Shown piece after piece: positions 12,117 through 22,346 of a stretch of DNA of 53,108 nt. The notes beneath the pieces were generated by a model. It was not told where the DNA came from. It saw only the letters and a list, made by a program, of their open reading frames with translations, and did not search any database. A program made the translations under genes and the position numbers. The first letter of the stretch is position 1, and each line of letters begins with the position of its first letter. Origin of the DNA: an uncultured Bacilli bacterium (GTDB taxonomy: Bacteria > Bacillota_I > Bacilli_A > RF39 > UBA660); assembly GCA_944358945.1 (NCBI GenBank), contig CALVSH010000002.1:1-53108 (forward strand), given 5' to 3'.

Positions 12117-13970
12117 ATGAAATATGAAATAATTGTTGTAGGTGGAGGTCATGCTGGTTGTGAAGCAGCTCTAGCATCCGCAAGACTAGGCCATAAAACA
12201 CTATTGATAACATCAAATATAAATAATATTGCAGATATGCCATGTAATCCATCTATAGGAGGACCAGCTAAAGGAATTGTGGTAAGAGAAATAGATGCCT
12301 TAGGTGGAGAAATGGGAAAAAATGCCGATAAAGCAGCCCTTCAAACAAAAATGCTAAATACAAAAAAAGGGCCTGCCGTACAAGCACTACGTTTCCAAGC
12401 TGATAAAGTGACTTATCCAAAAGAAATGATAAAAACACTAAACTCTACAGAAAACCTAGAAATCAAAGAAGCAATGGTAGAAAACCTATTAGTAAAAGAT
12501 AAAAAAATAGAAGGAGTAGAGTTAGAAAATGGTGAAAAAATACTAGCCAGTTCTGTTATTTTAACAACAGGAACTTACTTAAAAGCTGTTGTTCTAGCAG
12601 GTTCTACTCGTAAATCAAGTGGTCCTCATGGAGAAAAAGAATCAAAATTTTTAAGTGATAGCTTAAAAAATCTAGGTTTTACCATCAAACGTTTAAAGAC
12701 AGGAACACCTCAAAGAATAGATAAAAACACTATTGATTATAGTAAAACACAAGAAGAAAAGGGAGATGACATAGCTCGTACCTTTTCCTTTGATAACATT
12801 GTTTACAGAGAGCCAAAAGATCAAATATCTTGCCATTTAATTTATACAACAACAAAAACACATGAAATTATAAAAGAACATTTAAATGAATCTAGTATGT
12901 ACGGTGGCTACGTAGAAGGGGTTGGTCCAAGATACTGTCCTTCCATAGAAGATAAAGTAGTAAGGTTTAGTGATAAAGAACGTCACCAACTATTCTTAGA
13001 GCCAGAAAGCCTTTATTATGATGATATCTATATTCAAGGTTTTTCCACTAGTATGCCAAATGAAATTCAAGATTTAATGGTACATAGTCTTCCAGGATTA
13101 GAAAATGCCAAAATATTAAAATATGGTTATGCAATAGAGTATGATGCCATCGATTCCATGCAATTAAAAAGATCTTTAGAAACAAAGCTAGTAGAAAATC
13201 TATATACAGCAGGACAAATTAATGGAACCAGTGGATATGAAGAAGCTGCAGGACAAGGATTAATAGCTGGTATAAATGCTTCCTTAAAGTTAGAAGGAAA
13301 AGAGCCATTAATATTAAAAAGAAATGAATCATATATCGGTGTATTAATTGATGACTTAGTAACAAAAGGAGTAAAAGATCCATATAGACTTCTCACATCT
13401 CGTGCAGAATATAGATTGTTGTTAAGAAATGATAATGCGGATTTAAGATTAAGAGATTATGGTTACCAAGTAGGACTAATAAAAGAAGAAAAATATCAAA
13501 AATTTTGTAAGAAAAAAGAAAATATAAAAGAATTAGAAACATTACTAAAATCTACAAGAATAACACCTAAAAAAGAGATAAATGATTATATAGAAACAAT
13601 TCCATCAACACCTCTAAAAGATGGGATATCACTATATGATTTTCTAAAAAGACCAGAGGTAACACTAGAAAATATAAAACATTTTATTGAGTTAAACTAT
13701 TCAGAAGAAGAATTAGAACAAGTTAAAATTAATACTAAATATGAAGGATACATAAAAAAGGCTAATAAAGAAGCCGAAAAAATGTTATCGTTAGAAGAAA
13801 AACAGATTCCAGAAAATATTGATTATGATAAAGTTCCTAATCTAGCAAGCGAAGCAAGACAAAAACTATCAGAAGTAAGACCAACGACTATAGGACAAGC
13901 ATCAAGGATAAGTGGAGTAAATCCAGCAGACATATCAATATTGATGGTATATTTAAGAAGGAATGGTTAA
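12117..13970 (+). CDS. mnmG: tRNA uridine 5-carboxymethylaminomethyl modification enzyme MnmG
   Basis: 617 aa. FAD-binding N-terminus VVGGGHAGCEAA. Conserved GidA core. Confidence 0.97.
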   Translation: MKYEIIVVGGGHAGCEAALASARLGHKTLLITSNINNIADMPCNPSIGGPAKGIVVREIDALGGEMGKNADKAALQTKMLNTKKGPAVQALRFQADKVTYPKEMIKTLNSTENLEIKEAMVENLLVKDKKIEGVELENGEKILASSVILTTGTYLKAVVLAGSTRKSSGPHGEKESKFLSDSLKNLGFTIKRLKTGTPQRIDKNTIDYSKTQEEKGDDIARTFSFDNIVYREPKDQISCHLIYTTTKTHEIIKEHLNESSMYGGYVEGVGPRYCPSIEDKVVRFSDKERHQLFLEPESLYYDDIYIQGFSTSMPNEIQDLMVHSLPGLENAKILKYGYAIEYDAIDSMQLKRSLETKLVENLYTAGQINGTSGYEEAAGQGLIAGINASLKLEGKEPLILKRNESYIGVLIDDLVTKGVKDPYRLLTSRAEYRLLLRNDNADLRLRDYGYQVGLIKEEKYQKFCKKKENIKELETLLKSTRITPKKEINDYIETIPSTPLKDGISLYDFLKRPEVTLENIKHFIELNYSEEELEQVKINTKYEGYIKKANKEAEKMLSLEEKQIPENIDYDKVPNLASEARQKLSEVRPTTIGQASRISGVNPADISILMVYLRRNG

Positions 13971-14609
13971 ATGACAGAACAAGAATTTATAGATGCAATC
14001 AAACAACTAGGACTAACACCAACAACACAACAGTTACAACAACTAGAAAAATTTTATCAACTACTGATAGATTGGAATAAAAAAATTAATCTAACAAGAA
14101 TAACAGATAAAGAAGACGTTTACTTAAAACACTTCTATGATAGTTTAACAATAATAAAAGAAATAGACCTTTCTAAAGTAAATACATTATGTGATGTTGG
14201 CACTGGTGCCGGTTTTCCAGGTGTTGTATTAAAAATATTTTATCCTAACATAAAAATAACTATGGTTGACTCACTATTAAAAAGAGTAAATTATCTTAAT
14301 GAAATAATAAAAGAATTAGAATTAAAAGATATAAAAGCAATTCATACAAGAGGAGAAGATTATCATGAAACTTTTGATATTGTAACAGCTCGTGCCGTTG
14401 CTAATATCGAAAAACTTTTAAAATATACAATGCATTTAGTAAATAAAAATGGAAAACTTATTGCTATGAAAGGTAATATTGAAGAAGAACTAACAAAAGA
14501 TGTAAAAAATAGAATCAATAAAAAATATAAAATTACCAAAATAAACAAATTTCTTTTACCAAGAGAAAAAAGTAATAGAAGTTTAGTAATAATAGAAAAC
14601 AAGGGCTAA
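13971..14609 (+). CDS. rsmG: 16S rRNA (guanine527-N7)-methyltransferase
   Basis: 212 aa. SAM-binding DVGTGAGFPG. Follows mnmG. Confidence 0.93.
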   Translation: MTEQEFIDAIKQLGLTPTTQQLQQLEKFYQLLIDWNKKINLTRITDKEDVYLKHFYDSLTIIKEIDLSKVNTLCDVGTGAGFPGVVLKIFYPNIKITMVDSLLKRVNYLNEIIKELELKDIKAIHTRGEDYHETFDIVTARAVANIEKLLKYTMHLVNKNGKLIAMKGNIEEELTKDVKNRINKKYKITKINKFLLPREKSNRSLVIIENKG

Positions 14610-14637
14610 GTTCCCTTTTTTTATTTTGAAGTTATTC

Positions 14638-14666
14638 TTGAAAGGCAAAAGAAAATAGTCTATAAT
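14638..14666 (+). promoter_or_regulatory. Sigma-A-type promoter for the noc-like gene
   Basis: TTGAAA (14638-14643), 17-nt spacer, TATAAT (14661-14666). Confidence 0.5.
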
Positions 14667-14710
14667 GATAACATAGGATTACTATAAAGAGAATAAAGAG
14701 AGGGATAGCT

Positions 14711-16192
14711 ATGCAAGAGCAAAACAAGGATGAAGTTGTTTATCTATATTTAGATGATATTATACCAAATAGATTTCAACCCCGCGAAGTATTTGATGAG
14801 AGAGCACTAAAAGAACTTGCTATCTCTATCAAAGAACATGGTGTAATACAACCAATTATTGTTCGTAATGTAAATGGAAAATATGAAATTATTGCCGGAG
14901 AACGTCGTTACAAAGCTTCTGCCATGGCAGGTTTAACCAAGATTCCAGCAATTATAAGAGATTTAGATGATAAAGAAAGTTCAAAAGTAGCCTTACTTGA
15001 AAACTTACAAAGAAGAAATTTGAATCCGATAGAAGAAGCTAGAACTTATCAAAAAATATTAGAACTTGATCAAATGACTCAGGAAGAACTAGCAAAAACA
15101 ATGGGAAAAAGTCAATCAGCCGTTGCTAATAAAATAAGATTATTAGGTCTTTCAGATGAAGTACAAGACGCTTTATTAAAAGAAAAAATATCAGAACGTC
15201 ATGCCAGAACATTGTTAAATATTCCTGATAAAAGGAAACAAAAAGAAATGGTAAAAAAAGTCATTAATGAAAGAATGACGGTTCGCCAATTAGAAGAAGA
15301 AATCAAAAAGTTGTATCCAAAACAAGAGAAAGGAGAGCCTATGAATAATCCAGCTGCTAATATATCTTCAACGCCAATAACTGCCACGAACTTTGTAAAT
15401 AGTAAACCATTAATGCCAACAGCAGAAATGCCAGAAGATCACTCTAATTATGGAAAAATAACAATAGCCCCTCCAACTGATTCAGGAAACGAAACATCAG
15501 AAGCTCATCAACCTCGTTTTATTAATTATGGAGAAATCAAAGATGATGATGAAGATGATGATCCAGTAGTAGGAGGAATAAATCCAAATAGCACACAAAC
15601 ATCTCTAGATATTTCAGATATCAAAGCTAATGCAGTAGATATCAATACACCACAGACAACTCCAAAAGCCGATTTAGATAGTCTGTTAAACTTAACAGCC
15701 GCAGCTCCAGTACAATCTAACCCTACTCAGGAAGAACATTATAGATTTATTACGCCAGCAGAAGAAATAGTAAAAACAGATGCCAATAAAGCACCAAAAG
15801 AAACGACAGAAGATTATTTTAAAACTCCTGATTTAATTCCAGTAGATTTGCCAAGTGAGGTACAAACAAAAAATACTAATACAGTATCACTAGATGAAAT
15901 AGAAGAAAAAAGCAAACTAAAAATTCCACCAGCAATTGAAAAACCAAAGGATGCTGCAGAAACAGCGCCAATACTAAATAATAAAAATATAAAAACAAAT
16001 CTTTTTGGAGATATCGTAAGACCAGAACCAAACTCTAAGAAGAATGAACAATTTACTGTACAAAAGTCTATTGATATGATAAGAAATCTTGTAAAAGAAT
16101 TAAATAAACACGGAGTAAATGCTGATATAGATGAAATGAACTTCTCTAAATCATATCAAATAATTATAAAATTAGATAAAACAGCCGAGTAA
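14711..16192 (+). CDS. noc: Nucleoid occlusion protein (ParB-family Noc) with a long low-complexity insert
   Basis: The N-terminal ~200 aa and the last ~48 aa align with B. subtilis Noc (IPNRFQPR, GERRYKAS, ISERHARTLL, C-terminal DIDEMNFSKSYQIIIKLDK). About 240 aa of P/T/N/E/D-rich sequence lie in between. Confidence 0.8.
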   Translation: MQEQNKDEVVYLYLDDIIPNRFQPREVFDERALKELAISIKEHGVIQPIIVRNVNGKYEIIAGERRYKASAMAGLTKIPAIIRDLDDKESSKVALLENLQRRNLNPIEEARTYQKILELDQMTQEELAKTMGKSQSAVANKIRLLGLSDEVQDALLKEKISERHARTLLNIPDKRKQKEMVKKVINERMTVRQLEEEIKKLYPKQEKGEPMNNPAANISSTPITATNFVNSKPLMPTAEMPEDHSNYGKITIAPPTDSGNETSEAHQPRFINYGEIKDDDEDDDPVVGGINPNSTQTSLDISDIKANAVDINTPQTTPKADLDSLLNLTAAAPVQSNPTQEEHYRFITPAEEIVKTDANKAPKETTEDYFKTPDLIPVDLPSEVQTKNTNTVSLDEIEEKSKLKIPPAIEKPKDAAETAPILNNKNIKTNLFGDIVRPEPNSKKNEQFTVQKSIDMIRNLVKELNKHGVNADIDEMNFSKSYQIIIKLDKTAE

Positions 16193-16193
16193 C

Positions 16194-16222
16194 AAAGTAG
16201 AGACAAAAATCTACTTTTTTTT
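16194..16222 (+). terminator. Rho-independent terminator after noc
   Basis: AAGTAGA/TCTACTT stem with a 7-nt loop, then T8. Confidence 0.6.
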
Positions 16223-16291
16223 CGAAAAGCATTTAAAAAAGACTATTTCTTTGATACAATATATTAGTAAAAATGGAAACAGGTGATAAAC

Positions 16292-17077
16292 ATGGGAAAG
16301 GTGATAGCTTTAGTAAATCAAAAGGGTGGAGTAGGAAAAACAACGACTAGTATCAATCTTTCTGCATCATTAGCAGTACTAGGAAAAAAAGTTTTATTAA
16401 TAGATTTAGACCCTCAAGGAAACACCACAACAGGAGTAGGAATTAATAAAGGTGATATAGAAAAAAGTGTCTATGATGTTTTAATTGGTGAGTGTAAAAT
16501 ATCTGAAGCAATGATAAAAACCAAATATAAAAATTTGTATGTTTTACCAGCAACAATTAATTTAGCTGGATTAGATATTGAATTAGTAGAAAAAAGTAAA
16601 CAAGAATCTGGCTTTTTAAAAGGAGAACAACTAAAAATCCACTTAATGGATATTAAAGACAGTTTTGATTATATTATTATAGATTGTCCTCCATCACTAG
16701 GTGTAATTACAACAAACGCTTTAACAGCTTCTAATTCTGTTATTATTCCGGTACAATGTGAATTCTTTGCCCTAGAAGGAATTACTCAATTATTAAAAAC
16801 CATTATGTTAGCACAAAAAAGCCTAAATCCAACACTAGATATTGAAGGCGTATTGTTAACCATGTTAGATTCTAGAACGAATTTAGGTTTTGAAGTAGTA
16901 GAAGATATTAGAAAATTCTTTAAAGAAAAAGTTTATAATACTATTATTCCGAGGTTAGTTCGTCTGACAGAGGCACCATCTCATGGCGAACCAATTATTG
17001 CATACGATCCAAAAAGTCGTGGAAGTGAAGCTTACTTAAATCTAGCAAAGGAAGTGATTGAGAGAAATGGAGAATAA
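16292..17077 (+). CDS. soj: Chromosome partitioning ATPase ParA/Soj
   Basis: Deviant Walker A NQKGGVGKTTT. ParA core. ATG at 16292 follows an AGGTGA RBS (the track starts at an upstream GTG). Confidence 0.93.
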   Translation: MGKVIALVNQKGGVGKTTTSINLSASLAVLGKKVLLIDLDPQGNTTTGVGINKGDIEKSVYDVLIGECKISEAMIKTKYKNLYVLPATINLAGLDIELVEKSKQESGFLKGEQLKIHLMDIKDSFDYIIIDCPPSLGVITTNALTASNSVIIPVQCEFFALEGITQLLKTIMLAQKSLNPTLDIEGVLLTMLDSRTNLGFEVVEDIRKFFKEKVYNTIIPRLVRLTEAPSHGEPIIAYDPKSRGSEAYLNLAKEVIERNGE

Positions 17078-17960
17078 TAATAAACGTAGAGCCTTAGGTC
17101 GAGGATTAGAAGAATTATTTTATAATGAACCAATTGCTTATGACAAAGTAGAGGAAAAAATCTTAACAGAAACTCCAAAAGAAGAAATTGTCAATGTAAA
17201 AATATCTGAGTTAAGAAGCAATCCATATCAGCCAAGACAAGTATTTGATGAAGAAGCTCTAAAAGAATTATCAGCATCTATCAAGGAACATGGTGTATTT
17301 CAACCAATTATTATTAAAAAGAGCATAAAAGGATACGAAATTATCGCTGGAGAGCGTCGTGTAAAAGCATCACAGATGGCCGGTCTAGAAGAAATACCAG
17401 CAATTATAAGAGATTTTACTGAAGAAGAAATGATGGAAATAGCTCTTTTAGAAAACCTACAAAGAGAAAATTTAAACCCAATCGAAGAATCACGTGCTTA
17501 TAAAAAATTAATAGATACTCTACATATAACGCAAGAAGAACTAGCAAAAAGATTAGGAAAAAGTAGAAGTTACATTACTAATATGATAGGATTACAAACC
17601 TTACCAGACAGCATTCAAAATATGCTTTCTGATAAAAAAATGAGTATGGGGCATGCTAGAGTATTAAGCAAATTAGAAAATGCTATTCAACAACAAGAAT
17701 TAGCTGAAAAAGTAATAACAGAAGGCATTAGTGTTAGAGAGTTAGAAAACTTGACCAAGTCTCCAGAAAAATTCGAAAGAACACATAAAATCCAAAGACA
17801 TACACCAAGAACTAATGAATATCAATATTTAGAAGATGAATTATGTGACAAATTAGGAACCAAGGTAAAGATAAAATCAAATAAAATTGAAATTAGTTTT
17901 GTTAATGGTAATGATTTAAATCGATTATTAGAGATAATGAATTTAGAGGCAAGGAGGTAA
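17067..17960 (+). CDS. spo0J: Chromosome partitioning protein ParB/Spo0J
   Basis: RALGRGLEELF N-terminus, NPYQPRQ, GERRVKAS box, HTH, C-terminal dimerisation segment. The start could also be 17058. Confidence 0.93.
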   Translation: MENNNKRRALGRGLEELFYNEPIAYDKVEEKILTETPKEEIVNVKISELRSNPYQPRQVFDEEALKELSASIKEHGVFQPIIIKKSIKGYEIIAGERRVKASQMAGLEEIPAIIRDFTEEEMMEIALLENLQRENLNPIEESRAYKKLIDTLHITQEELAKRLGKSRSYITNMIGLQTLPDSIQNMLSDKKMSMGHARVLSKLENAIQQQELAEKVITEGISVRELENLTKSPEKFERTHKIQRHTPRTNEYQYLEDELCDKLGTKVKIKSNKIEISFVNGNDLNRLLEIMNLEARR

Positions 17961-17966
17961 TCCAAA

Positions 17967-18782
17967 TTGCGAATATTTAACAGTATAACAATTGAAATAG
18001 AACAAATAATTTTTCCAATAGTCTATATCGCTATTGGCTTTGTTGTCTATAAATTATTAAAAAGATTGGTAAATAAAGTAATGAAAAAAACACCAAAGAT
18101 GAAGAAACAACATCAACAAAGAGCAAATACAATAAGAATAGTTATTTTAAATGTAATTAAATATGTAATAGTATTTGTTGTATTACTTGCTATATTAGCC
18201 AATTTCGGAATCAATGTAAAATCAATTGTTGCAGGACTAGGTATCACAACAGCAATCATAGGACTAGCTTTTCAAGATCTAGCCAAGGATTTTATTGCTG
18301 GTGTATCTATTATTACAGAAAACCAATTCGAAGTTGGGGATACAATAGAATACGATGGCTTTATGGGAGAAGTTGTTTTCTTAGGGTTAAAAACAACAAG
18401 AATTAAAGATTATAGAGGAGCAGTAAAAATTATTGCTAATCATAAACTAGATACAGTAATTAATTATAGTTTAAATAATTATTTAGCAATCATTGATTTA
18501 GGCGTATCATATGATGAAAATCCAGATCAAGTTGCAACAGCCTTAGAAGAAATTAGAAAAGAACTAAATGGAAAAGTTCCAAATGCAACAGGTGATATTG
18601 AAATATGGGGATTAGATGACTTTGAAGATTCTAATATGAGATATCGCGTGGTAGTAGAAACAAAAGCTATGCAACATTATGAAGCACAGCGTTTTCTACG
18701 TACAGAGTTCAAAAAACGTCTAGACGAAAGAAACATCAAAGTGACTTGTCAACAGATTGAGGTGACAAATGGAAACGAATAA
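17967..18782 (+). CDS. Small-conductance mechanosensitive channel (MscS family)
   Basis: 271 aa. TM helices then the MscS beta-domain (GDTIEYDGFMGEVVFLGLKTTRIKDYRG). TTG start 8 nt after GGAGG. Confidence 0.85.
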   Translation: MRIFNSITIEIEQIIFPIVYIAIGFVVYKLLKRLVNKVMKKTPKMKKQHQQRANTIRIVILNVIKYVIVFVVLLAILANFGINVKSIVAGLGITTAIIGLAFQDLAKDFIAGVSIITENQFEVGDTIEYDGFMGEVVFLGLKTTRIKDYRGAVKIIANHKLDTVINYSLNNYLAIIDLGVSYDENPDQVATALEEIRKELNGKVPNATGDIEIWGLDDFEDSNMRYRVVVETKAMQHYEAQRFLRTEFKKRLDERNIKVTCQQIEVTNGNE

Positions 18783-18963
18783 TTATAAAATCGGTACTAA
18801 AGTAATGATGAAAAAACCTCATCCATGTGGAACAAATGAATGGGAAATAACTCGTTTAGGTGCCGATATCAAAATAAAATGTTTAAATTGTGGTAGAACA
18901 GTATTAATACCAAGAATAGAATTTAATAAGAAATTAAAAAAAATAATTTCTCAGGAAGGATAA
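18769..18963 (+). CDS. DUF951-family small protein (YyzM-like)
   Basis: 64 aa. KKPHPCGTNEWEITRLGADIKIKCLNCGR zinc-ribbon-like pattern. Usual position downstream of parB in Bacillota. Confidence 0.7.
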   Translation: METNNYKIGTKVMMKKPHPCGTNEWEITRLGADIKIKCLNCGRTVLIPRIEFNKKLKKIISQEG

Positions 18964-18967
18964 AAAT

Positions 18968-20566
18968 ATGAGAGAAAAAAGAAAATTAAAACTTAAAAAA
19001 TTTTATTTTCATCCAATTACAGTATTTCTATTTTTAACTTTTGCAACTATTATACTAAGTGGTATTTTATCAGCATTTGAAATGCAAGCAACCTATAATG
19101 TTATAAATCCAAATACCAATGAATTAGAACCAACTTTAGTTGCAGTAGAAAACTTACTAAGTTTTGATGGAATGAAATTTTTAATAGGAGATGCAACAAC
19201 TAATTTTATTAGTTTTGCTCCTTTAGGTACATTATTACTTGCTTTAATTGGAATTACGATTGCCGAGTCAACAGGATTGATTGAGACTTTATCAAAAAGA
19301 TTCTTTTCCAAAATGCCTAAAGAAGTATTTACTTTTATTATTATCTTTGTCGCAACCATCTCATCACTAATTAATGAGGTAGGATATGCTATATTAATTC
19401 CATTAACAGCTCTAATTTATTTTATCAATGGCAGAAATCCAATATTAGGAATCATAACAGCTTTCTGTGGTGTTGCTTTTGGATATGGTGTAACTATATT
19501 CGTAGGTTCTATGGAAGTAGCATTAATGGACTATACAAGAACAGCAGCTTGGCTAATTGATGATAATATGCATATTTCTCTAACATCAAATTTATACTTC
19601 ATCATTGCAACATCTATTTTAATATCAATTATTGGAACAGTTATAATAGAAAAGATAATTGCTCCAAGAGTTGGTAAATATAAAAAAGAAGAAGTATCAG
19701 CTAAAACTGAACAATATAGAGTAATTAATTTGGAAGAAGAAGAGCAAAAAAGAATTGAACGTGAAAAATATGAAAAAAGAGGTCTACGCTTTGCCTTAAT
19801 TACAGGTATTATCGTCCTACTTTTATTTGCTTATATGTTAATACCAGGATTACCATACTCTGGAATGCTTCTAGATATGAATGAAGAAACCTACCTAAAT
19901 CAATTATTTGGAGAAACATCATATTTCCAATCAGGATTTACTTACTTAGTAACATTATTACTAGTACTAATGGGACTTGCTTATGGATTAGGAGCAAAAT
20001 CTATAAAAAGTGATAAAGCTTTGATAGAAGAAGTAGGAAAGAAATTTAGTAAAACTAGTTATATATTTGTATTAATCTTTGTAGTATCTCAATTTATTTC
20101 AGTTTTTAGACAAACAAATATTGGACTAGTAATAACGGCGTGGTTAGCAAATTTACTAGAACATCTAGAATTCAGTGGTATTCCATTAATCGTAGTAACT
20201 TTAATAATCATAGCTTTAGCTAACTTAGTATTAACCAGTCCAACCACAAAATGGATGATATTTTCTCCAATCGTAGTACCAATGTTCATGCAAGCAAATA
20301 TATCTCCACAATTTGCTCAAATAGTAATGCGAATAGGAAACTCAATGACTAATGGATTTACTCCTATATTAGCATCCTTCGTAATTTACTTAGGATATCT
20401 CAATGTTTATAATTTAAACAAAAAGCGACCAATTACAATAAAAAAATCTTTAAAAATGATTGCACCATACTTTTTAATTATTTCAGCAGCATGGATTTTA
20501 ATTGTAGTAGGATGGTATATTACAGGTCTACCAATAGGACCAAGTGGAGTATACCCAACTTTATAA
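18968..20566 (+). CDS. AbgT-family transporter
   Basis: 532-aa polytopic membrane protein with an AbgT-like N-terminus and length. Confidence 0.8.
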   Translation: MREKRKLKLKKFYFHPITVFLFLTFATIILSGILSAFEMQATYNVINPNTNELEPTLVAVENLLSFDGMKFLIGDATTNFISFAPLGTLLLALIGITIAESTGLIETLSKRFFSKMPKEVFTFIIIFVATISSLINEVGYAILIPLTALIYFINGRNPILGIITAFCGVAFGYGVTIFVGSMEVALMDYTRTAAWLIDDNMHISLTSNLYFIIATSILISIIGTVIIEKIIAPRVGKYKKEEVSAKTEQYRVINLEEEEQKRIEREKYEKRGLRFALITGIIVLLLFAYMLIPGLPYSGMLLDMNEETYLNQLFGETSYFQSGFTYLVTLLLVLMGLAYGLGAKSIKSDKALIEEVGKKFSKTSYIFVLIFVVSQFISVFRQTNIGLVITAWLANLLEHLEFSGIPLIVVTLIIIALANLVLTSPTTKWMIFSPIVVPMFMQANISPQFAQIVMRIGNSMTNGFTPILASFVIYLGYLNVYNLNKKRPITIKKSLKMIAPYFLIISAAWILIVVGWYITGLPIGPSGVYPTL

Positions 20567-20587
20567 ACACCAAGCGGTGTTTTTTTC
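20567..20587 (+). terminator. Rho-independent terminator after the abgT-family gene
   Basis: ACACC/GGTGT stem with a 4-nt loop, then T7. Confidence 0.45.
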
Positions 20588-20634
20588 TTGCAAAAATAAA
20601 GAATTTATATATAATAAGAAAAGGTGATAAAAGG

Positions 20635-21119
20635 AATGCAAATAATATAATAATAAGATCAATCGAAGACAAAGACAAAATAAATTATTTAATGAAGAAA
20701 CATTTGGATGTATAGGAACGAATGAAACTCAAAAACCATCAATATATGAAGAAGAAAAAATAGATGTCTGGGAATATCATATTGGAGAATTTGTTATAGA
20801 ACAAAGTCAGATAAATCAAGGATATGGTAGCTACTTATTAGAAACAATTAAATCTTATGCAGACAGTGAAGGATGTAATATATCTTTAGAATGTCCATCA
20901 TCTTCTCAATCATTCTTTTTGAATCATGGATTTAAAAAATCAGAAATCAACTTTAAATACGAAACTCCAAATTATAAAGAACAAACAACACAATCTCCTA
21001 TATTTCTAGATTATGAACAAATAAAAAAAGAAAATGAAGCAGAAGCTCAAAAAAGAATAAAAGAATATAAAAAATTCTTATCATCACAATTAGCCAAAGA
21101 CATATTCAATATGTTATAA
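20635..21119 (+). pseudogene. Frameshifted GNAT N-acetyltransferase
   Basis: GNAT N-terminus (NIIIRSIEDKDKINYLMKKHL) is in one frame and ends at TAG 20713. The rest, including motif A (INQGYGSYLLETIKSYA) and FFLNHGFKK, is in the next frame, open from 20646. The only nearby ATG (20636) is in the third frame and stops after 4 codons. Confidence 0.5.
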
Positions 21120-21143
21120 TAATAAAAGAAAAGAGGTATGAAT

Positions 21144-22244
21144 ATGAGTTTAACAGCAGGAATTGTAGGACTACCTAACGTAGGTAAGTCAACACTTTTT
21201 AATGCAATTACAAATCAAAAAATATTAGCAGAAAACTATCCATTCGCAACTATTGAACCTAATGTAGGAGTAGTAACCGTACCAGATAGTAGAATGGACA
21301 AATTAAAAGAAATGTACGAACCTAATAAATTTATTCCAACTGCCTATGAATTCACTGATATTGCTGGACTAGTAAAAGGAGCATCACAAGGAGAAGGTCT
21401 TGGAAATAAATTTTTATCTCATATCAGAGAAGTAGATGCTATTGTAGAAGTAGTTCGTTGTTTTGATGATGGAAAAATAATTCATGTAGATGGTAACATT
21501 GATCCAATCAGAGACATAGAAACGATTAATCTAGAACTAGCAATTGCCGACTTAGATGTAATAAATAATAGACTAGATAGAGTCTCAAAAAAAGCAAGAA
21601 CTACCAAGAATAAAGATGACCTAGTAGAAGTAGAAGCCTTAGAAAAAGCCAAAGCTGCTCTAGAAGAAAACAAAGCATTAAGACAAGTTGAGTTTACAGA
21701 AGATGAAAAAAAATTATTAAAATCATACAGTTTCTTAACTTTAAAACCTATCATCTATCTAGCAAATATCAAAGAAAGTGAATTAGGAAACCCAGATAAT
21801 GAATATGTAAAACAAGTAAAAGAATATGCATTAAAAGAAAATGCCGAAGTAGTAAGTCTATGTGCTAAGGTAGAAGAAGACCTAAGTGAATTAACCAAGG
21901 AAGAAAAACAAGAAATGTTAGAAGCCTTAGGACTAGAAGAATCTGGATTAGATAAACTAATACAAGCAACTTATGATATTTTAGGATTAGCCACTTATTT
22001 CACAGTAGGAAAAGACGAAGTAAGAGCATGGACATTTAAAAAAGGAATGAATGCTAAACAGTGTGCAGGTATCATCCATAGTGACTTTGAAAAGGGATTT
22101 ATTCGTGCAGAGGTAATATCTTACGATGATTTAATAGAATATGGAAATGAATTAAAAGTAAAAGAAGCAGGCAGAGCTAGACTAGAAGGAAAAGATTATA
22201 TTATGCAAGACGGAGATATTTGCCATTTTAGATTCAATGTATAA
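21144..22244 (+). CDS. ychF: Ribosome-binding ATPase YchF
   Basis: GIVGLPNVGKSTLFNA P-loop, TGS-like C-terminus. The start may be 21138. Confidence 0.95.
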   Translation: MSLTAGIVGLPNVGKSTLFNAITNQKILAENYPFATIEPNVGVVTVPDSRMDKLKEMYEPNKFIPTAYEFTDIAGLVKGASQGEGLGNKFLSHIREVDAIVEVVRCFDDGKIIHVDGNIDPIRDIETINLELAIADLDVINNRLDRVSKKARTTKNKDDLVEVEALEKAKAALEENKALRQVEFTEDEKKLLKSYSFLTLKPIIYLANIKESELGNPDNEYVKQVKEYALKENAEVVSLCAKVEEDLSELTKEEKQEMLEALGLEESGLDKLIQATYDILGLATYFTVGKDEVRAWTFKKGMNAKQCAGIIHSDFEKGFIRAEVISYDDLIEYGNELKVKEAGRARLEGKDYIMQDGDICHFRFNV

Positions 22245-22346
22245 TTTAGAAAATAGAAACTAATATAACACCAAGAGAATATTAGGATATACTTCCTAAA
22301 AAAATGAAATATTAAATAGAAAACCAAGTAACAAAGAAAAAAAGGA

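Noticed and set aside
20491-20715. The 74-aa track ORF taken as a real gene.
   Set aside because: Its first half is an out-of-frame read through the 3' end of the abgT-family gene and the terminator. Only its tail (NIIIRSIEDK...) is meaningful, as the N-terminal fragment of the frameshifted GNAT.
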